Assembly (NCBI GenBank): GCA_918797485.1
Contig: CAKKNE010000003.1
Span: 2,046,001-2,110,000 of the forward strand
Direction: 5' to 3'
Origin: Pelagomonas calceolata
Lineage: Eukaryota
Length of the DNA: 64,000 bases
Positions 1-10,744 of this stretch are shown here, piece by piece. The notes under the pieces are model-generated. The model worked only from the letters and a program-made list of their open reading frames with translations, was not told the origin of the DNA and made no database searches. The translations under genes and the position numbers were made by a program. How positions within the stretch are numbered: the stretch's first letter is position 1; every line of letters begins with the position of its first letter.

Positions 1-1309
1 AATCTCGAAGAGCTCGTCGACCTCGTAGTTCGGGAAGTCGATGTGGTTGCCGATGCGCGACGACATGCCGGGGATGAAGGAGAAGAACTTGTCCATGCGG
101 TCCTTGTAGCCCGCCAAGACGACGACGAGGTCCTCGCGGTTGTTCTCCATGAAGGTCAGGAGGATCTCGATGGACTCCTGGCCGTAGTCGCGGTCGTTCG
201 CCGCGTTGTAGAGGTAGTAGGCCTCATCCACCAAGAGCACACCGCCGAGGGCCTGCTTGATGACCTCCTTCGTCTTGGGCGCTGTGTGGCCGACGTACTG
301 GCCGACGAGGTCGTCGCGCGTGGCCACCACGACGTGGCCGGACCGGCAGTAGCCCATCTTCGCGAGGATCTGGCCCATGCGGACGGCGACCGTCGTCTTG
401 CCCGTGCCGGGCGCGCCCGTGAAGCACATGTGGAGCGAGGGGACGGCCGTGTCGAAGCCCAGCTTGCGGCGCATCTTGTCCAGCACCAGTAAAGCGGCGA
501 TCTCGCGGACGCGCTGCTTCACCGGCAATAAACCAACTAAGTCATAATCCAACTTGTCGAGCTGGTCCTTGACGCCCTCCTTGTACATGTAGTCGCTCAC
601 CGAGCCGGCGGGCGTGTCGTCGGGCATCTCCTTCATGAAGGCGACCTTGCGGAGCTTCTCCTCGCGCTCCTGCTCCTGCCACTTCGCGCGGCGCTCGGCC
701 TCCTCGACGGCCTTCTTGCGCTCGATGTCGGCCTCCTCGAGGGCCTCGGACAGTTTTTTGGCGCCGCCCGTCGTCGTGTCCGAGCCGCCCCATTCCAACG
801 AGGGGCCCTGGCCCGTGCCGATGCCGGGGTTCGCCTGGACGACGGTCGCGGGCCTGTGTGCGTGATCGGTGATCTTCTTGTTTTTGTGCGTTTCGGCGTC
901 ATCGTGACGTGGGGTGTGTGGGCCAGGAGTCGTCGCGTGGCCGCTTTGATTGCGTCTCCTGACGACCATGTTGCTATGGTAGCGTCGTGGCGAGCGCTGG
1001 CGGGCCATACGTGCCGCTTTTGGGAAGTGCAATTTGCGTTGCCCGCGGGCGGCGCCCACCATTGCTTCCGTGAGCGACGCGCGGCGAGTTTCGCCGCGTC
1101 GCTGGCCGCAGGGGTGTGTGCGCGTACCGCTGCAGCGGGCGCACCACGGCGGCGCGCTAATAGGCGCGCGCAAGGGCCCGAGGATTCATCATTTGCGCTG
1201 CGTCGCTGTCTGACCGATTTAGACGCTGCAAAACGGACGCGCGCGGCACGGAGGGCGCGACAAGGGCCGCGGCGGGCGCCAGCGCAAGCGCGATGAGGAG
1301 CTTGTTCAT
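1..1309 (-). CDS. cbbX: Nuclear-encoded red-type Rubisco activase CbbX/CfxQ (AAA+ ATPase) with bipartite plastid-targeting presequence; 3' end runs off the window; intron 854-1214
   Basis: Manual translation of the minus strand gives [22 protein letters not shown]...[16 protein letters not shown]...[17 protein letters not shown]...[13 protein letters not shown]...[11 protein letters not shown]. Exon 1 (1309-1215) encodes [19 protein letters not shown], a signal-peptide-like leader. The GTCAGA...CACAG intron joins the exons in frame. Confidence 0.93.
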
Positions 1310-1580
1310 CTTGCTGTCGTTTATACGAGCTGAGATGCCGTCTACGTTTTGCAGAGTCAGCACCATCAAGCCAGACCTCCCTTCGGAAGGCCCACGATAC
1401 CCCTCGGGAGAGCGACGCCAGGCCTCCGGCAGTACCCCTCTGGCCAAACTGCCTTCGAAACCGGGAGGAGCGCCGGCCGCGCCGCGCTCGCGATCACAAT
1501 CGCCTCGCCTCACGCCATCGCCGCGCGACCTCCACCATACGAGGCAAGGAATCCCTCAAGAAGAAAAAACCAGAGATACC

Positions 1581-2342
1581 TTAGAGCCCCCCGCCCGCCG
1601 CCGAGTCCAAAAACCACTGCGCGCCCCCGTCCGCCGACCGCACCCAGGCGGCCGGATATGGAGGAACAGGGTAGGCGTAGTCCAGCTTGCCCTCCTTCCT
1701 TGCCAAAATCTCTTTCAACACAGGAGTCTTCGAGTCTCCTGTCGCCACGAAGCAGACCCGGACCGAATTCTGCAGCGTCGACAGCGTGAACGTCACCCGT
1801 TCCGAAGGCGGCTTCGGCGAGTCGAGGATGCAGCGCGCGACACTACCGTCGGGCTTCCGGAACAAATCATGCTCCGGAAATAAGGACGCGGTGTGCCCGT
1901 CCGGCCCCATACCCAGCAGACAGAGGTCGAAGCGCCTTCCTACACTATTAAGTTCGTCGCCGTACTTTTCTGCCGCTTGCGCTGGTGAGAGGGACGTGTC
2001 TAGCGTGTGAATGGTTGGTTTCTCGCCTTTGATTTTCGAGAACAAGTGATCCTCACAGGCCTTGTAGTTGCTATCATTCGATACCAGGGGCACGCATCGT
2101 TCGTCGGCGAAGAAGACGTCCCACTTCGACCAGTCCACGTCCAAATCCAAAAGGCCAGTGAGCAGTTTGGGCATGCTACCGCCCGACAGCGCCACCACGA
2201 ACCGATCCTTCGTGCAGGCCTTCGCTATGGTCGCGACGTACTGCGCTATTTGCTTCTTCAAGGCGTCGCCATCCGCAATGGTGACGGTGACGGCGCCCGG
2301 CAGCGCCGTGCCGGGCAGGCTCAGGTTCGCGACGGACGGCAT
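1581..2342 (-). CDS. pgl: 6-phosphogluconolactonase
   Basis: Motifs VALSGGS, FFADERCVP, SNY, DLCLLGMGPDGHTASLFP and DSPKPPSERVTFT. ATG at 2342. Confidence 0.93.
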   Translation of the reverse strand: MPSVANLSLPGTALPGAVTVTIADGDALKKQIAQYVATIAKACTKDRFVVALSGGSMPKLLTGLLDLDVDWSKWDVFFADERCVPLVSNDSNYKACEDHLFSKIKGEKPTIHTLDTSLSPAQAAEKYGDELNSVGRRFDLCLLGMGPDGHTASLFPEHDLFRKPDGSVARCILDSPKPPSERVTFTLSTLQNSVRVCFVATGDSKTPVLKEILARKEGKLDYAYPVPPYPAAWVRSADGGAQWFLDSAAGGGL

Positions 2343-2630
2343 TTTTGTGGCGGGTGTCGCGGCGACGGCGTGAAGGTGGGAGCTGTGCTCGAGCTGTGGC
2401 CGCAGCGATGGCGTATAGATGAGAGCTGTGGTGCTGTTGCGCCTCGTTCCAGCGCCGCTTCGAGCGGTGGCGACGGCGAGGGCTCTGGTCCAAAGGCAGA
2501 GCTGTGCTGAAGCTTCTCCTTCGGCTGTGGCGCAGCGATGCGTATAGATAGCGTGCGTGGCTGCAACGCCTTCGAGCACTAGCGCGTAGCGCGACAGTAA
2601 TTTGTGCAAGCAAAAGCAAGCCAAGCCGAA

Positions 2631-2648
2631 CTAGCAGTAAGACACTAG
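2631..2648 (+). promoter_or_regulatory. CTAG-box motif, shortened copy (CTAGCAGTAAGACACTAG)
   Basis: About 290 bp upstream of pgl. Regulatory role inferred. Confidence 0.5.
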
Positions 2649-2727
2649 GGGCGCGACGCCATCGACGCGACACGACAATGAAAAAATCGGTCGAATGTTT
2701 TTACTACAAAACGAAAGCGGCGGCAAG

Positions 2728-4248
2728 TCAGCACCGCTCCAGGAACGCGCACGTCGAGAGCGCGTCCTTCGCCGTGAGCCGCCGGTCGGGGTCGATGGTC
2801 AGCAGTCCCTCCAGCAATTTGTGCAGGTCGCGGTCGGGCTCGCAGTACTGGCGGAGGGGCGGCATGCGCCGCACGTGGTCCCGACCGTCGCGCGGCAGGG
2901 CCTGCTCCCACGTGCTACGAGCGTCCGAGTCGAAGTATTTCGTGGCATATCTACTCCGCTGGACCAGCGCCCGCGGGAACGGTCCCACGGCCCTCTCAAT
3001 CAACGCTAAATGCTCCGTATTGGAATGCGTCGCGAAGAGCAGCTCACCCTTGCCCAATTCGGCCACGATACAACCAGCAGACCACAGATCAGAGGGAGTG
3101 GACCAGCCCAAGTTCAGGATGACCTCCGGTGCCCGGTACTGCCGCGTATTCACGATCGAACTTTTACGTTCGTCGTCATACGTCGCCCCGCCGAAGTCGA
3201 TGACGACGATGTCGGCCTCGTCCCGACCGAGCTGGCACCGCCCGTCACTATCCGGTTGTGGTTTCTTCACCCCCAATTTACGAAGTAGGACGTTCTCGAG
3301 CTTGAGATCCGTATGCACGAGCTTCATCGCATGGAGAAACCGCAGCGCTTCCAAGAGCTGTCGTGATATCCGTCTGACAGTATCTCTAGCGAAGGGTCGG
3401 TAGCTATTGCCCTTGAGGTAGTCATACAGAGACGTCCCGGCGCGTTCGAAGGCCAGGCAGTAATGTCCGCGGAACTCGAAAGTTTCAAACAACTGGACGC
3501 ACAACCTCCCGCCCTCCTCGCCGTTCGCCCTGGCTGTCGCGTTCACGTCCCGCAGGATCTCGGCTTCCACCGCGGCACTCTCCGTGTAGCGCTCTATACG
3601 TCTCACAACTTTCAGAGCTACTCGCCGTCGATCCGGATGCCTGAGGTCGACACAGTCCACAACTCGTCCAAACGTCCCCAAACCGGCCTCGCCGACGATC
3701 TCGTAGCGCCCGTCGATCGTGTCGCCCGCCTTCCCCTCATAATGACCCTGGCTGTCGTCGCGGTTGTCGCCGTCGTCGTCCTCCTCGCGCCGTCGTCGTC
3801 GCCCTTCCTCGCCGACTCTACGTCTTTTCCGCGGCCTGTCGTCGGCGTCGCGCTCGCGCCGCCTCCGGTCGGCGTCCTCGCGGCGGCGCTCGGGCGGCCG
3901 CCGCCGCGGGTCCGGCTCGCGGCGCGGGCGGTCGCGGCGGTCGCGCTCCGGCCGCCGCGGTCGGTCCTCTCTCCGAGAATCGTCGCGGCGGCTGCGGCTC
4001 TTGTCGCCGCGCCTCGAGTCCTCGCGCCGCGACCGGCTCTTGTCGTCGCGGCGGCTCCGCGACTTGTCCTGTCGCCGGCTGTCGTCGCGCCTCGACCTGC
4101 TGTGGTCGATCCTACGGCTGTCTTCTCGCCTTGATCGTGATTTATCGTCGCGGCGGCTGCGGCTTAGGTCCTGCCGCCCGCGCCTCTCCCGGCTTGCCTG
4201 AGGCCGCCCCCTATCGCCGTCGCGCCGTCTTTCGTAGCCGCGCTGCAT
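2728..4248 (-). CDS. CLK/LAMMER-family dual-specificity kinase with RS/RD-rich N-terminus
   Basis: GLGTFGRV, HTDLKLENVLL, IDFGGA, TRQYRAPEVIL and EHLALIER (LAMMER-like). N-terminal SR-rich repeats. Confidence 0.9.
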   Translation of the reverse strand: MQRGYERRRDGDRGRPQASRERRGRQDLSRSRRDDKSRSRREDSRRIDHSRSRRDDSRRQDKSRSRRDDKSRSRREDSRRGDKSRSRRDDSRREDRPRRPERDRRDRPRREPDPRRRPPERRREDADRRRRERDADDRPRKRRRVGEEGRRRRREEDDDGDNRDDSQGHYEGKAGDTIDGRYEIVGEAGLGTFGRVVDCVDLRHPDRRRVALKVVRRIERYTESAAVEAEILRDVNATARANGEEGGRLCVQLFETFEFRGHYCLAFERAGTSLYDYLKGNSYRPFARDTVRRISRQLLEALRFLHAMKLVHTDLKLENVLLRKLGVKKPQPDSDGRCQLGRDEADIVVIDFGGATYDDERKSSIVNTRQYRAPEVILNLGWSTPSDLWSAGCIVAELGKGELLFATHSNTEHLALIERAVGPFPRALVQRSRYATKYFDSDARSTWEQALPRDGRDHVRRMPPLRQYCEPDRDLHKLLEGLLTIDPDRRLTAKDALSTCAFLERC

Positions 4249-4517
4249 TTATTCGATGCAAACGCGTGCCGCGTGCTGTTGCTGCTAGTTATGAGGCCAT
4301 TTAGGCGACGCTATATAGCCTCGACTTTGACATGCGTAGGCGCCCGCGCCCTGTCCTTTGGACCTCCTAGCTATGTACGTACCTACAGCAACACGACTCA
4401 AAACAGCGGTCCGACTCGTCGTCGGGCTGCGCGACGGCGACGGGCGAAAGGGACGCGTCGACCCGAACTTCAAATTCGCGGGCCAGCTTCAACTCAAAAG
4501 ACTACACACCATCACCG

Positions 4518-6863
4518 TTACTTCCCCTTGAGAAACATCGCCCGGAACGCGTCCTGCGAATGCCCCCCTTCAGGAACAGCAGCCGCGGGAGCAGGAGCAG
4601 CAGCGCTATCCGCGCCGACGCCGAGCCGCCCCGGCCGGCGGCCCTGCTGCGGCCTTCTCAAAACGCGCGGCACCAGTGGTCCCGACGGCGCCCGCGGCTT
4701 GCGGGGCTTCGCTTCAACAGGACGGTCCGGGCACAGGTACTTGGACGCGAAGATCTTGCACGGCGCCGACCCGCCGAGCGCCTTCCGCGGCTCCTTGCCG
4801 AGCTTCAATGCCTTGGCCCGCGCCTCACCGTCCTCCACAAATTCCACAAAACCTTTGCCCGTCGGTTGTCCACTGCGCTTGTCCTTCAGCACTCTGGTCT
4901 GGGCGACCGCGCCGCAGCCCTCGAACGCCATCCTTAATTCATCTTCCGTCGCGTCGCTCTTGAGCCCGACGAGGAAGGCCGTCCGAGCGAGGCGCCGCGC
5001 GTCGTCGCTCGGGCCCTTCTTCGGCGGCGGCGGCGTGGGCGCCGGCTCCGCGTCCGGCGCCGGCGCCTGTGCAGGGGCCGGCGCGGGAGCCGAGGCCGCA
5101 GGAGCAGAGTCCGTGGGGACCGCGGGCGCCGCGGGGGACGCCAAAGGCGCCGACGCCGTAGCCGGCTTCGCGCGCGCGGGGTCTGGAGCCGCTAGCGCCG
5201 CGGCCTTCTTCGAGCGCTTGGCGGCGGGCGCCGCCGCGGCGGGCGCCGCGGCGGGCGCCGCACGCGCGCGCTTGGCCACGGCGGGCGCTGCTGCGGGCGC
5301 TGCTGCGGGCGCTGCCGCGGGTGCCACCGGAGACACCGCTGGCCGCGCGCGCTTGGCCACCGGCGCCGCCGCGGGCGCCGCCGCCGCTCCATCGAAGACG
5401 CCCCACGCCTCCGCCTTCGCATAGGCCGCGTCAAAATCAGACAACGAGCCGGCGTCCCTTTCAAAGACGAGCCACGCCGTTGCCGCGTCCGACGCCGCCT
5501 TGCGCTGCGCCGGCGTACTACTGGAAGAGCGCGTGCGCTCCGCTCTTTTGGACGCGTGCATTTTATGTAAGCGTCGAGCCTCATCAACATCGCCTCGCTC
5601 CAACGAAGCCCGCGCGGCATCTAGCCAGGCCTTCGGCGGTAATGACGCATCCTCCAGTAGTAAACGCCAGGCCTGCTTCGGGTCCTCACTTATTTTCGTC
5701 GCGTAGGCGCGGACGGCGTAACTTGCTTTTTCGTTGCCGTCCACCAGCGCGAGGGCCCACTTTTGGACATCAGCACCGTCCCTGCGTCGTCTTTCAGCTG
5801 CCAATCGGCCCAACGCCAAGGCCGGCGCCTTGTCTCCGCAGACTTCGGCCGCTCGGGCGAACGCGTCCTCCAGAGTGTCGAGGGACAGCCTGCACCGCTC
5901 CACACACCTACAATGAGCCTCGCGCAGCCGGAAGTCGTCCGGCAATGCGTCTACAGCTCTTTTTGAGACCTCGAAGGCGTCGCCCGGCGTTTGAGCTAGA
6001 CTCAACCGCCGCCGCCACAGTCGGGACGAAGCGCAGTGCTCCAGCGCGCGCTCGCACACAGTTAAAGCTCGTTCCGCATCTTCTTCCTCTTCGAGCGTGA
6101 CGTACGCGAGCCAAGTGTCCTCATCCTTCGAGGCAGTCTCGAGCTTTCTACGTCGCTCGAAGGCGGCTAACCCCTTCGCCTTGGCCGCTCCAAACGTCGC
6201 CTTCTTCGTCGGCGCGTCGAGAAGCGCTCGCTCGAACACTACTCTAGCCTGGTCCGGTACAAGAGGTGCCGAGAGCTCGCGCCCGTACAGCGCGTCCCGC
6301 TTCTCAACGTCGTCGGTGTCGTCGGCCAGCGCGCGCGCGGCGTCGAAGAGCCTCGATAGACTCCCGGAAGCGTCCCGCTCGGCAACGGCGCAGGCCTCCT
6401 CCAACACTTTTGAGCCCGCCTCGACGCTTTGATTCAGTTTGATACGAGTGAGCTCGAGCCAGAGCTTCGCTTCGCGCGGTAGTATCGTACAAGCCGTCGT
6501 CAGCACGCTTGGATCATCTAAATCGCGGGACCGCGCGAGCCACTCGTCCGCACTGAGTGAATGCCGCTCCGCGAAGCGCGCCCAGGCCGCTTTCTGTGAA
6601 GCGCGCCAGCGGTTTGAGGGGGCGGCGGCGCGCACGGCCCGCAAACACACGACGAGCTCCTCGTGCGCGGCGCGCGGCGCGCCCGGCGTCGCCGCGGCGG
6701 CCTCGTATTCCGCTACTACGTCGGCGCTGCCGTCGTCGGCGGCGTCCTCCTCCTCCATGGCGTCGTCGTCGGACGCGTCTTCCTCGGGTTGTTCTTTCTC
6801 GTCGTCGGTGTCGCCGAACTCGCTGTGCGTCGGCGTCGCGTCGCCCCCGTCTGGTGCCTCCAT
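4518..6863 (-). CDS. SART3/Prp24-like RNA-processing factor (HAT-like helical repeats plus C-terminal RRM)
   Basis: HAT-like segments (WLAYVTLEE, CERAL). RRM with AFLVGL and KGFVEF. C-terminal SQDAFRAMFL resembles the Lsm-interaction motif SNxDFxxMFL. Confidence 0.75.
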   Translation of the reverse strand: MEAPDGGDATPTHSEFGDTDDEKEQPEEDASDDDAMEEEDAADDGSADVVAEYEAAAATPGAPRAAHEELVVCLRAVRAAAPSNRWRASQKAAWARFAERHSLSADEWLARSRDLDDPSVLTTACTILPREAKLWLELTRIKLNQSVEAGSKVLEEACAVAERDASGSLSRLFDAARALADDTDDVEKRDALYGRELSAPLVPDQARVVFERALLDAPTKKATFGAAKAKGLAAFERRRKLETASKDEDTWLAYVTLEEEEDAERALTVCERALEHCASSRLWRRRLSLAQTPGDAFEVSKRAVDALPDDFRLREAHCRCVERCRLSLDTLEDAFARAAEVCGDKAPALALGRLAAERRRRDGADVQKWALALVDGNEKASYAVRAYATKISEDPKQAWRLLLEDASLPPKAWLDAARASLERGDVDEARRLHKMHASKRAERTRSSSSTPAQRKAASDAATAWLVFERDAGSLSDFDAAYAKAEAWGVFDGAAAAPAAAPVAKRARPAVSPVAPAAAPAAAPAAAPAVAKRARAAPAAAPAAAAPAAKRSKKAAALAAPDPARAKPATASAPLASPAAPAVPTDSAPAASAPAPAPAQAPAPDAEPAPTPPPPKKGPSDDARRLARTAFLVGLKSDATEDELRMAFEGCGAVAQTRVLKDKRSGQPTGKGFVEFVEDGEARAKALKLGKEPRKALGGSAPCKIFASKYLCPDRPVEAKPRKPRAPSGPLVPRVLRRPQQGRRPGRLGVGADSAAAPAPAAAVPEGGHSQDAFRAMFLKGK

Positions 6864-7005
6864 GACTGCGGTGCTGCGCGGTGCGCGGTGAGACTTCTGC
6901 AGCGGCTGCGCTGAGAGTCAGGCAACTGCCGACGGTAATCCTGACGATGAATAAGGCCGCGTCGCGCTCTCTACGCTGTTCCAAGCTTGCAAAAACTGGA
7001 GCAGG

Positions 7006-7027
7006 CTAGCGGCATGTAAGACACTAG
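7006..7027 (+). promoter_or_regulatory. CTAG-box motif CTAGCGGCATGTAAGACACTAG
   Basis: Consensus copy in the divergent SART3-like/RABL2 intergenic region. Confidence 0.65.
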
Positions 7028-7285
7028 CAATCAAGCAAGGAGTCGCCGCAAGCCTGAATATGCATGAATTTCCACGCGAGCCTTATCATACGGCTCTCAA
7101 TCTCTCGACGGCGTTCAAACCCGCGCGCTCGTCATTTGGAATCGATTGTGTGGCGCTGCCCGTCCGCCGTACGGATCCGTGCAGGGCAAAGGGCTGCCCC
7201 ACACCACACGCTTCCAAAGCAGCGCGACGCAGGGCGAGCCCCACCGAAGGCAGGGAGCAAGCTGGGGCGCGTCGACTCCTTAACG

Positions 7286-7906
7286 ATGAGCAAGGAGCCC
7301 GAGCCCGAGGGCAAAACGGACGAGTCCAAGGACCCGGAGACGGATCCGAACGACTTGTCTCCGGCCGACGTTAAAATCATACTGTTGGGCGATAGCGCCG
7401 TCGGGAAAACGAAGCTCGTCGAGAGATTTTTGATGGACGAGTACAACCCGCAGCAGTTATCTACTTATGCCCTTACGATGTTTAGAAAAAACTTAGACAT
7501 CGACGGCAAGAACGTGAAAGTAGACATCTGGGACACGGCGGGGCAAGAACGGTTCAATAAGATGCATCCCGCTTATTACCATCGAGCGCATGCGTGTATC
7601 TTGTGCTTTGACGTCACGCGCAAAGCGACCTACCAACATCTCGGAGCCTGGTACGACGAGATGCGGGACGCGTGCGAAAATATCCCTTGTATATTGGTGG
7701 CCAATAAAATAGACATCGACTATCAAGTGACGAAAAAGAACTTTAAATTTGCCTCATCAAAAAACATTCCGTTTTATTTCGTGTCTGCTGCGGATGGTAC
7801 TAATGTCGTGAAAGTATTCAGGGCGGCGGTGGAATCAGCTTTAGATTACAAGGACAACTCGGGGGACTTCATGAACGAGGCCTACAAGCTGCTGGACGAC
7901 GCATGA
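7286..7906 (+). CDS. RABL2: Rab-like small GTPase RABL2 homolog
   Basis: GDSAVGKTKLVERFL, QQLSTYALT, WDTAGQERF, YYHRAHACIL, ANKID and FVSAADGTNVV. No C-terminal prenylation cysteines. Confidence 0.88.
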   Translation: MSKEPEPEGKTDESKDPETDPNDLSPADVKIILLGDSAVGKTKLVERFLMDEYNPQQLSTYALTMFRKNLDIDGKNVKVDIWDTAGQERFNKMHPAYYHRAHACILCFDVTRKATYQHLGAWYDEMRDACENIPCILVANKIDIDYQVTKKNFKFASSKNIPFYFVSAADGTNVVKVFRAAVESALDYKDNSGDFMNEAYKLLDDA

Positions 7907-8370
7907 CTCCTTTTGGGATTGGTGTAACACAACTATCCTATCCTACTGACCTACGCAACCGGCACTCCTTTCGCGAGTTTCTCCCCCGCAGGGGGCGACG
8001 AGCTCGCACGACGGGGGGGAGGGGAGCGACAGGGTAGGGGGCTCGGAAGTCGCTGGGGGCCCGTCGCGCTCGACTCCGACTAGTAGAAGGCCGACCCGTT
8101 GCCCAGATGTCGCTTGGACCCCCGCCGTCGGAGATTGATTTTGGCAGGCCGCCCGGCGCCGCGCCTGGGGGGACGCGATGTCAATACACGATCGGGTACA
8201 GATGCGCTTGCGCCCACACACCAGTATGTCATTTCTGCGAGTGCAAGCGATGCGGTAGCGGACAAGCGTAAAAGGCACTACCGCGTGTCCGTCGAGCGAC
8301 TCGTCGGGCGAGGAGAGAGAGAGAGCCACTTATTGAGCCCACCCCCAGGTAGTACGGACCCCGAGTTGTG

Positions 8371-8392
8371 TTAGCGGCCTGTAAGACACTAG
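8371..8392 (+). promoter_or_regulatory. CTAG-box motif (TTAGCGGCCTGTAAGACACTAG)
   Basis: About 165 bp upstream of the WWE gene. Confidence 0.6.
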
Positions 8393-8555
8393 GGATGGCC
8401 GAGGCGGCGCGCGGCACTTTTGGAAGCCGGGGCCGGATAGGGTTCACCTGGCTCATTGGGTAATTGGGTTGGGCAGCCCGCCGACTCCTTGCTGCCGGTT
8501 TGCGACCTCCAACTCCTTGGGCAGCGCAGCGCACGCCTGCCAACTCCTTATTGAG

Positions 8556-10685
8556 ATGGAGCAGTGGTGCTTCCAAGACGGGGCCAGCTGGCGCCCCTAC
8601 GATGCGAAGAGCCAAAAGGCGATCGCGTCCTGCCTACGCAGCGGCAGGAAATCCTGCATCATGTGGCCGTACAAACTCGACCTCAACCAAAATACGCAAA
8701 CGAACACTGAAACAGGCAGCGTCCGCGCCATTGCCAAAAAAGTCGTGGATTCGGTGGGGGGCTCGGCGGGGAGCGTCGGCCTGGTTTGCTGCCGTCTCGG
8801 CCCGCCGCAACCCGTATACCCGCCGAACGAGATCGCCGGGAGGCGAACGGCTCCGCTGCCCCGCGACGGCGTGAGCACGGGCGACCCAAACGCGCGCTAC
8901 GACCATTTCCGCGCGCCGCGGGCCGACCACATCCTCCGCGAGGCCGACTTCGACTACGGGACCGAGCTTGCGCAGCTCGCCGCGACCGGTCCGCCGCCTG
9001 CGGGCTTCTCGCCGCGGACGCCGCCGCCGCCCGGCGCCCTCGCGCTGGACGTCGACGCCGAGGGCCGCGTCCGGGAGCGCGAGCGCATCATGCGTCTCCG
9101 CGAGTCTTGTTACTACCAATTCTGCTGCTGCACGTGCTGTTCCGACGAGCTCTACAAGTACAGCCCGGAGCGGGACGACGCCCAGGAGCGCGCGGCGGCC
9201 GCCGCCCACGGCGCCTTCGTCGACGAGGCGCGAGGCACGCTCGTCGTGACGCGCCACGCCTACCGCGCGGTCGTGCCGAAGAACTACACGACGACGGACC
9301 AGTACGGCCACAAGTTCGCCGGCATCGGCATCGGGGCGCACGACGTGTCGGAGCGAGGCTTCGCCGTACCGCTGCGCTACTGCCGGGTCGCGGCGGTGCC
9401 GGCGGGGTCCGTCGCCCGCCGGCCCCTCCTCCTCGATCCGAAGGTTTCGGACTGCAAGGTCGAGGGTTCGGTCGTCGTCGTCTCGTGCGTGCCGACCGAG
9501 GCCGCGTCGCTGGAGGTCGTCGTGGCGTGCATCGACGTGGGGCCCGCCGGCAACGCGGGCGCGTTCGTCGCCGCCGCCGCGCGGGCTGCGGCCGCGGCGC
9601 CGCCCGTGTCCGCGGCGGACCGGGCCGCCTACGACGAGTGGTTCGTCGCGACGCTGGCGCGCTCGGGCCAGACCAAGGGCCCCGGCCAGTTCCGCAAGTT
9701 CGTCGGCGGCCTCCCGACCGGGCCGGCCGCTTACCGGTCGGCGAGCACCGACTGGTTCGGCGGTGGCGCGACGATCCGCGAGCTCGGCATCCGCCTCGGC
9801 AGCGGCAACGTCGTCTTCCAGACGAAGAGGACCAACCCTGTCGTCTTCGAGCACGTCAACACGGGCGACCAACTGCACGGCATCGACGGCCGGCAATTGC
9901 CGGCCGGCGGCAAGAAGGCCGCCAAGGCCCTAGGGTCGCCCGAGTTCTGGGGCGGCAGCGCCGCGTCGGGGACCGGCGCCGGCCTGTTCACGACGCAGAC
10001 TCCCGTGTACAACCCCGCGCGAGTCTACTCTGCGCCCCCCGTCGACGCGGGAGTGGCGAGGACGGCGACGCTCGCCGCGGCGGCGCCGCCGACGATCGTG
10101 AGCGCCGGAGGCCTCGGCGCGGTCGGCGTCGCGGACGGCGACGTCATCCTCAAAGCCGTCGTGAACGGCGCGCGCGTCGACGCGGCGGCCATGGACGGCG
10201 CGGCCTTTGCCGCGGCGCTCGCGTCCGCCGCCGGGTCCGTCGTCCTGGAGTCGGTGCTGACGCTCCGCGACCCCGTCTTCGGGCAGGACCCCTGCGTGCA
10301 GCGGTCGCTCCCGTGGTGCGACATCAGCGAGGCGAACAGGACGGCGCTGCCCACGACGATGTTGGGGGTCCAAAACGCGACCCCGGTCGATGCGAATATG
10401 CCACCACAAGCCCCCGGGTGGTTCTGGCAGGAAGCGGACGGGAGGTGGATCCCCTACCGGGCGAGGGACTCGGACGAGCTCGACCGAATGAAAGCCACTG
10501 GGCGGCCCAACGCCATCGTCGCCGGCGTATACAAAGTCGACTTCCTGACCATGACGCAGACCAACACGCGCACCGGCTTCCGGCGGCCGGTGTGTCACTC
10601 CGACGGCACCGGGGAAGCCACCGTCATCCATGCCCAGCCCGCGCCGGTCTCGGGCGTGGTCGCCGTGGGGACTGTCGTCGCATAG
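8556..10685 (+). CDS. Protein with N- and C-terminal WWE-like domains, Cys cluster and PDZ-like segments (paralog A)
   Basis: WCFQDGASWRPYD...YKLDLNQNTQTNTETGSVRAI and WFWQEADGRWIPY...YKVDFLTMTQTNTRTGFRRPV match the WWE pattern. Also FCCCTCCS, and PDZ-like GDQLHGIDG and GDVILKAVVNG. Confidence 0.7.
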   Translation: MEQWCFQDGASWRPYDAKSQKAIASCLRSGRKSCIMWPYKLDLNQNTQTNTETGSVRAIAKKVVDSVGGSAGSVGLVCCRLGPPQPVYPPNEIAGRRTAPLPRDGVSTGDPNARYDHFRAPRADHILREADFDYGTELAQLAATGPPPAGFSPRTPPPPGALALDVDAEGRVRERERIMRLRESCYYQFCCCTCCSDELYKYSPERDDAQERAAAAAHGAFVDEARGTLVVTRHAYRAVVPKNYTTTDQYGHKFAGIGIGAHDVSERGFAVPLRYCRVAAVPAGSVARRPLLLDPKVSDCKVEGSVVVVSCVPTEAASLEVVVACIDVGPAGNAGAFVAAAARAAAAAPPVSAADRAAYDEWFVATLARSGQTKGPGQFRKFVGGLPTGPAAYRSASTDWFGGGATIRELGIRLGSGNVVFQTKRTNPVVFEHVNTGDQLHGIDGRQLPAGGKKAAKALGSPEFWGGSAASGTGAGLFTTQTPVYNPARVYSAPPVDAGVARTATLAAAAPPTIVSAGGLGAVGVADGDVILKAVVNGARVDAAAMDGAAFAAALASAAGSVVLESVLTLRDPVFGQDPCVQRSLPWCDISEANRTALPTTMLGVQNATPVDANMPPQAPGWFWQEADGRWIPYRARDSDELDRMKATGRPNAIVAGVYKVDFLTMTQTNTRTGFRRPVCHSDGTGEATVIHAQPAPVSGVVAVGTVVA
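8790..10343 (+). repeat. ~1.55-kb near-identical direct repeat, copy 1 (copy 2 at ~12626-14167)
   Basis: Line-by-line identity apart from a 12-bp indel near the start and scattered substitutions. Confidence 0.95.
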
Positions 10686-10744
10686 CCCCGCCCATTTTGC
10701 ACCACTATTACTAATCTAGATGCCATACAGTGTACACAAACGGG

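Noticed and set aside
43..492. 149-aa plus-strand ORF
   Set aside because: Antisense shadow of cbbX.
4273..5424. 383-aa plus-strand ORF and many similar Arg/Ala/Pro-rich overlapping ORFs across the window
   Set aside because: Alternative-frame or antisense artefacts of high GC; they overlap genes with clear motifs.
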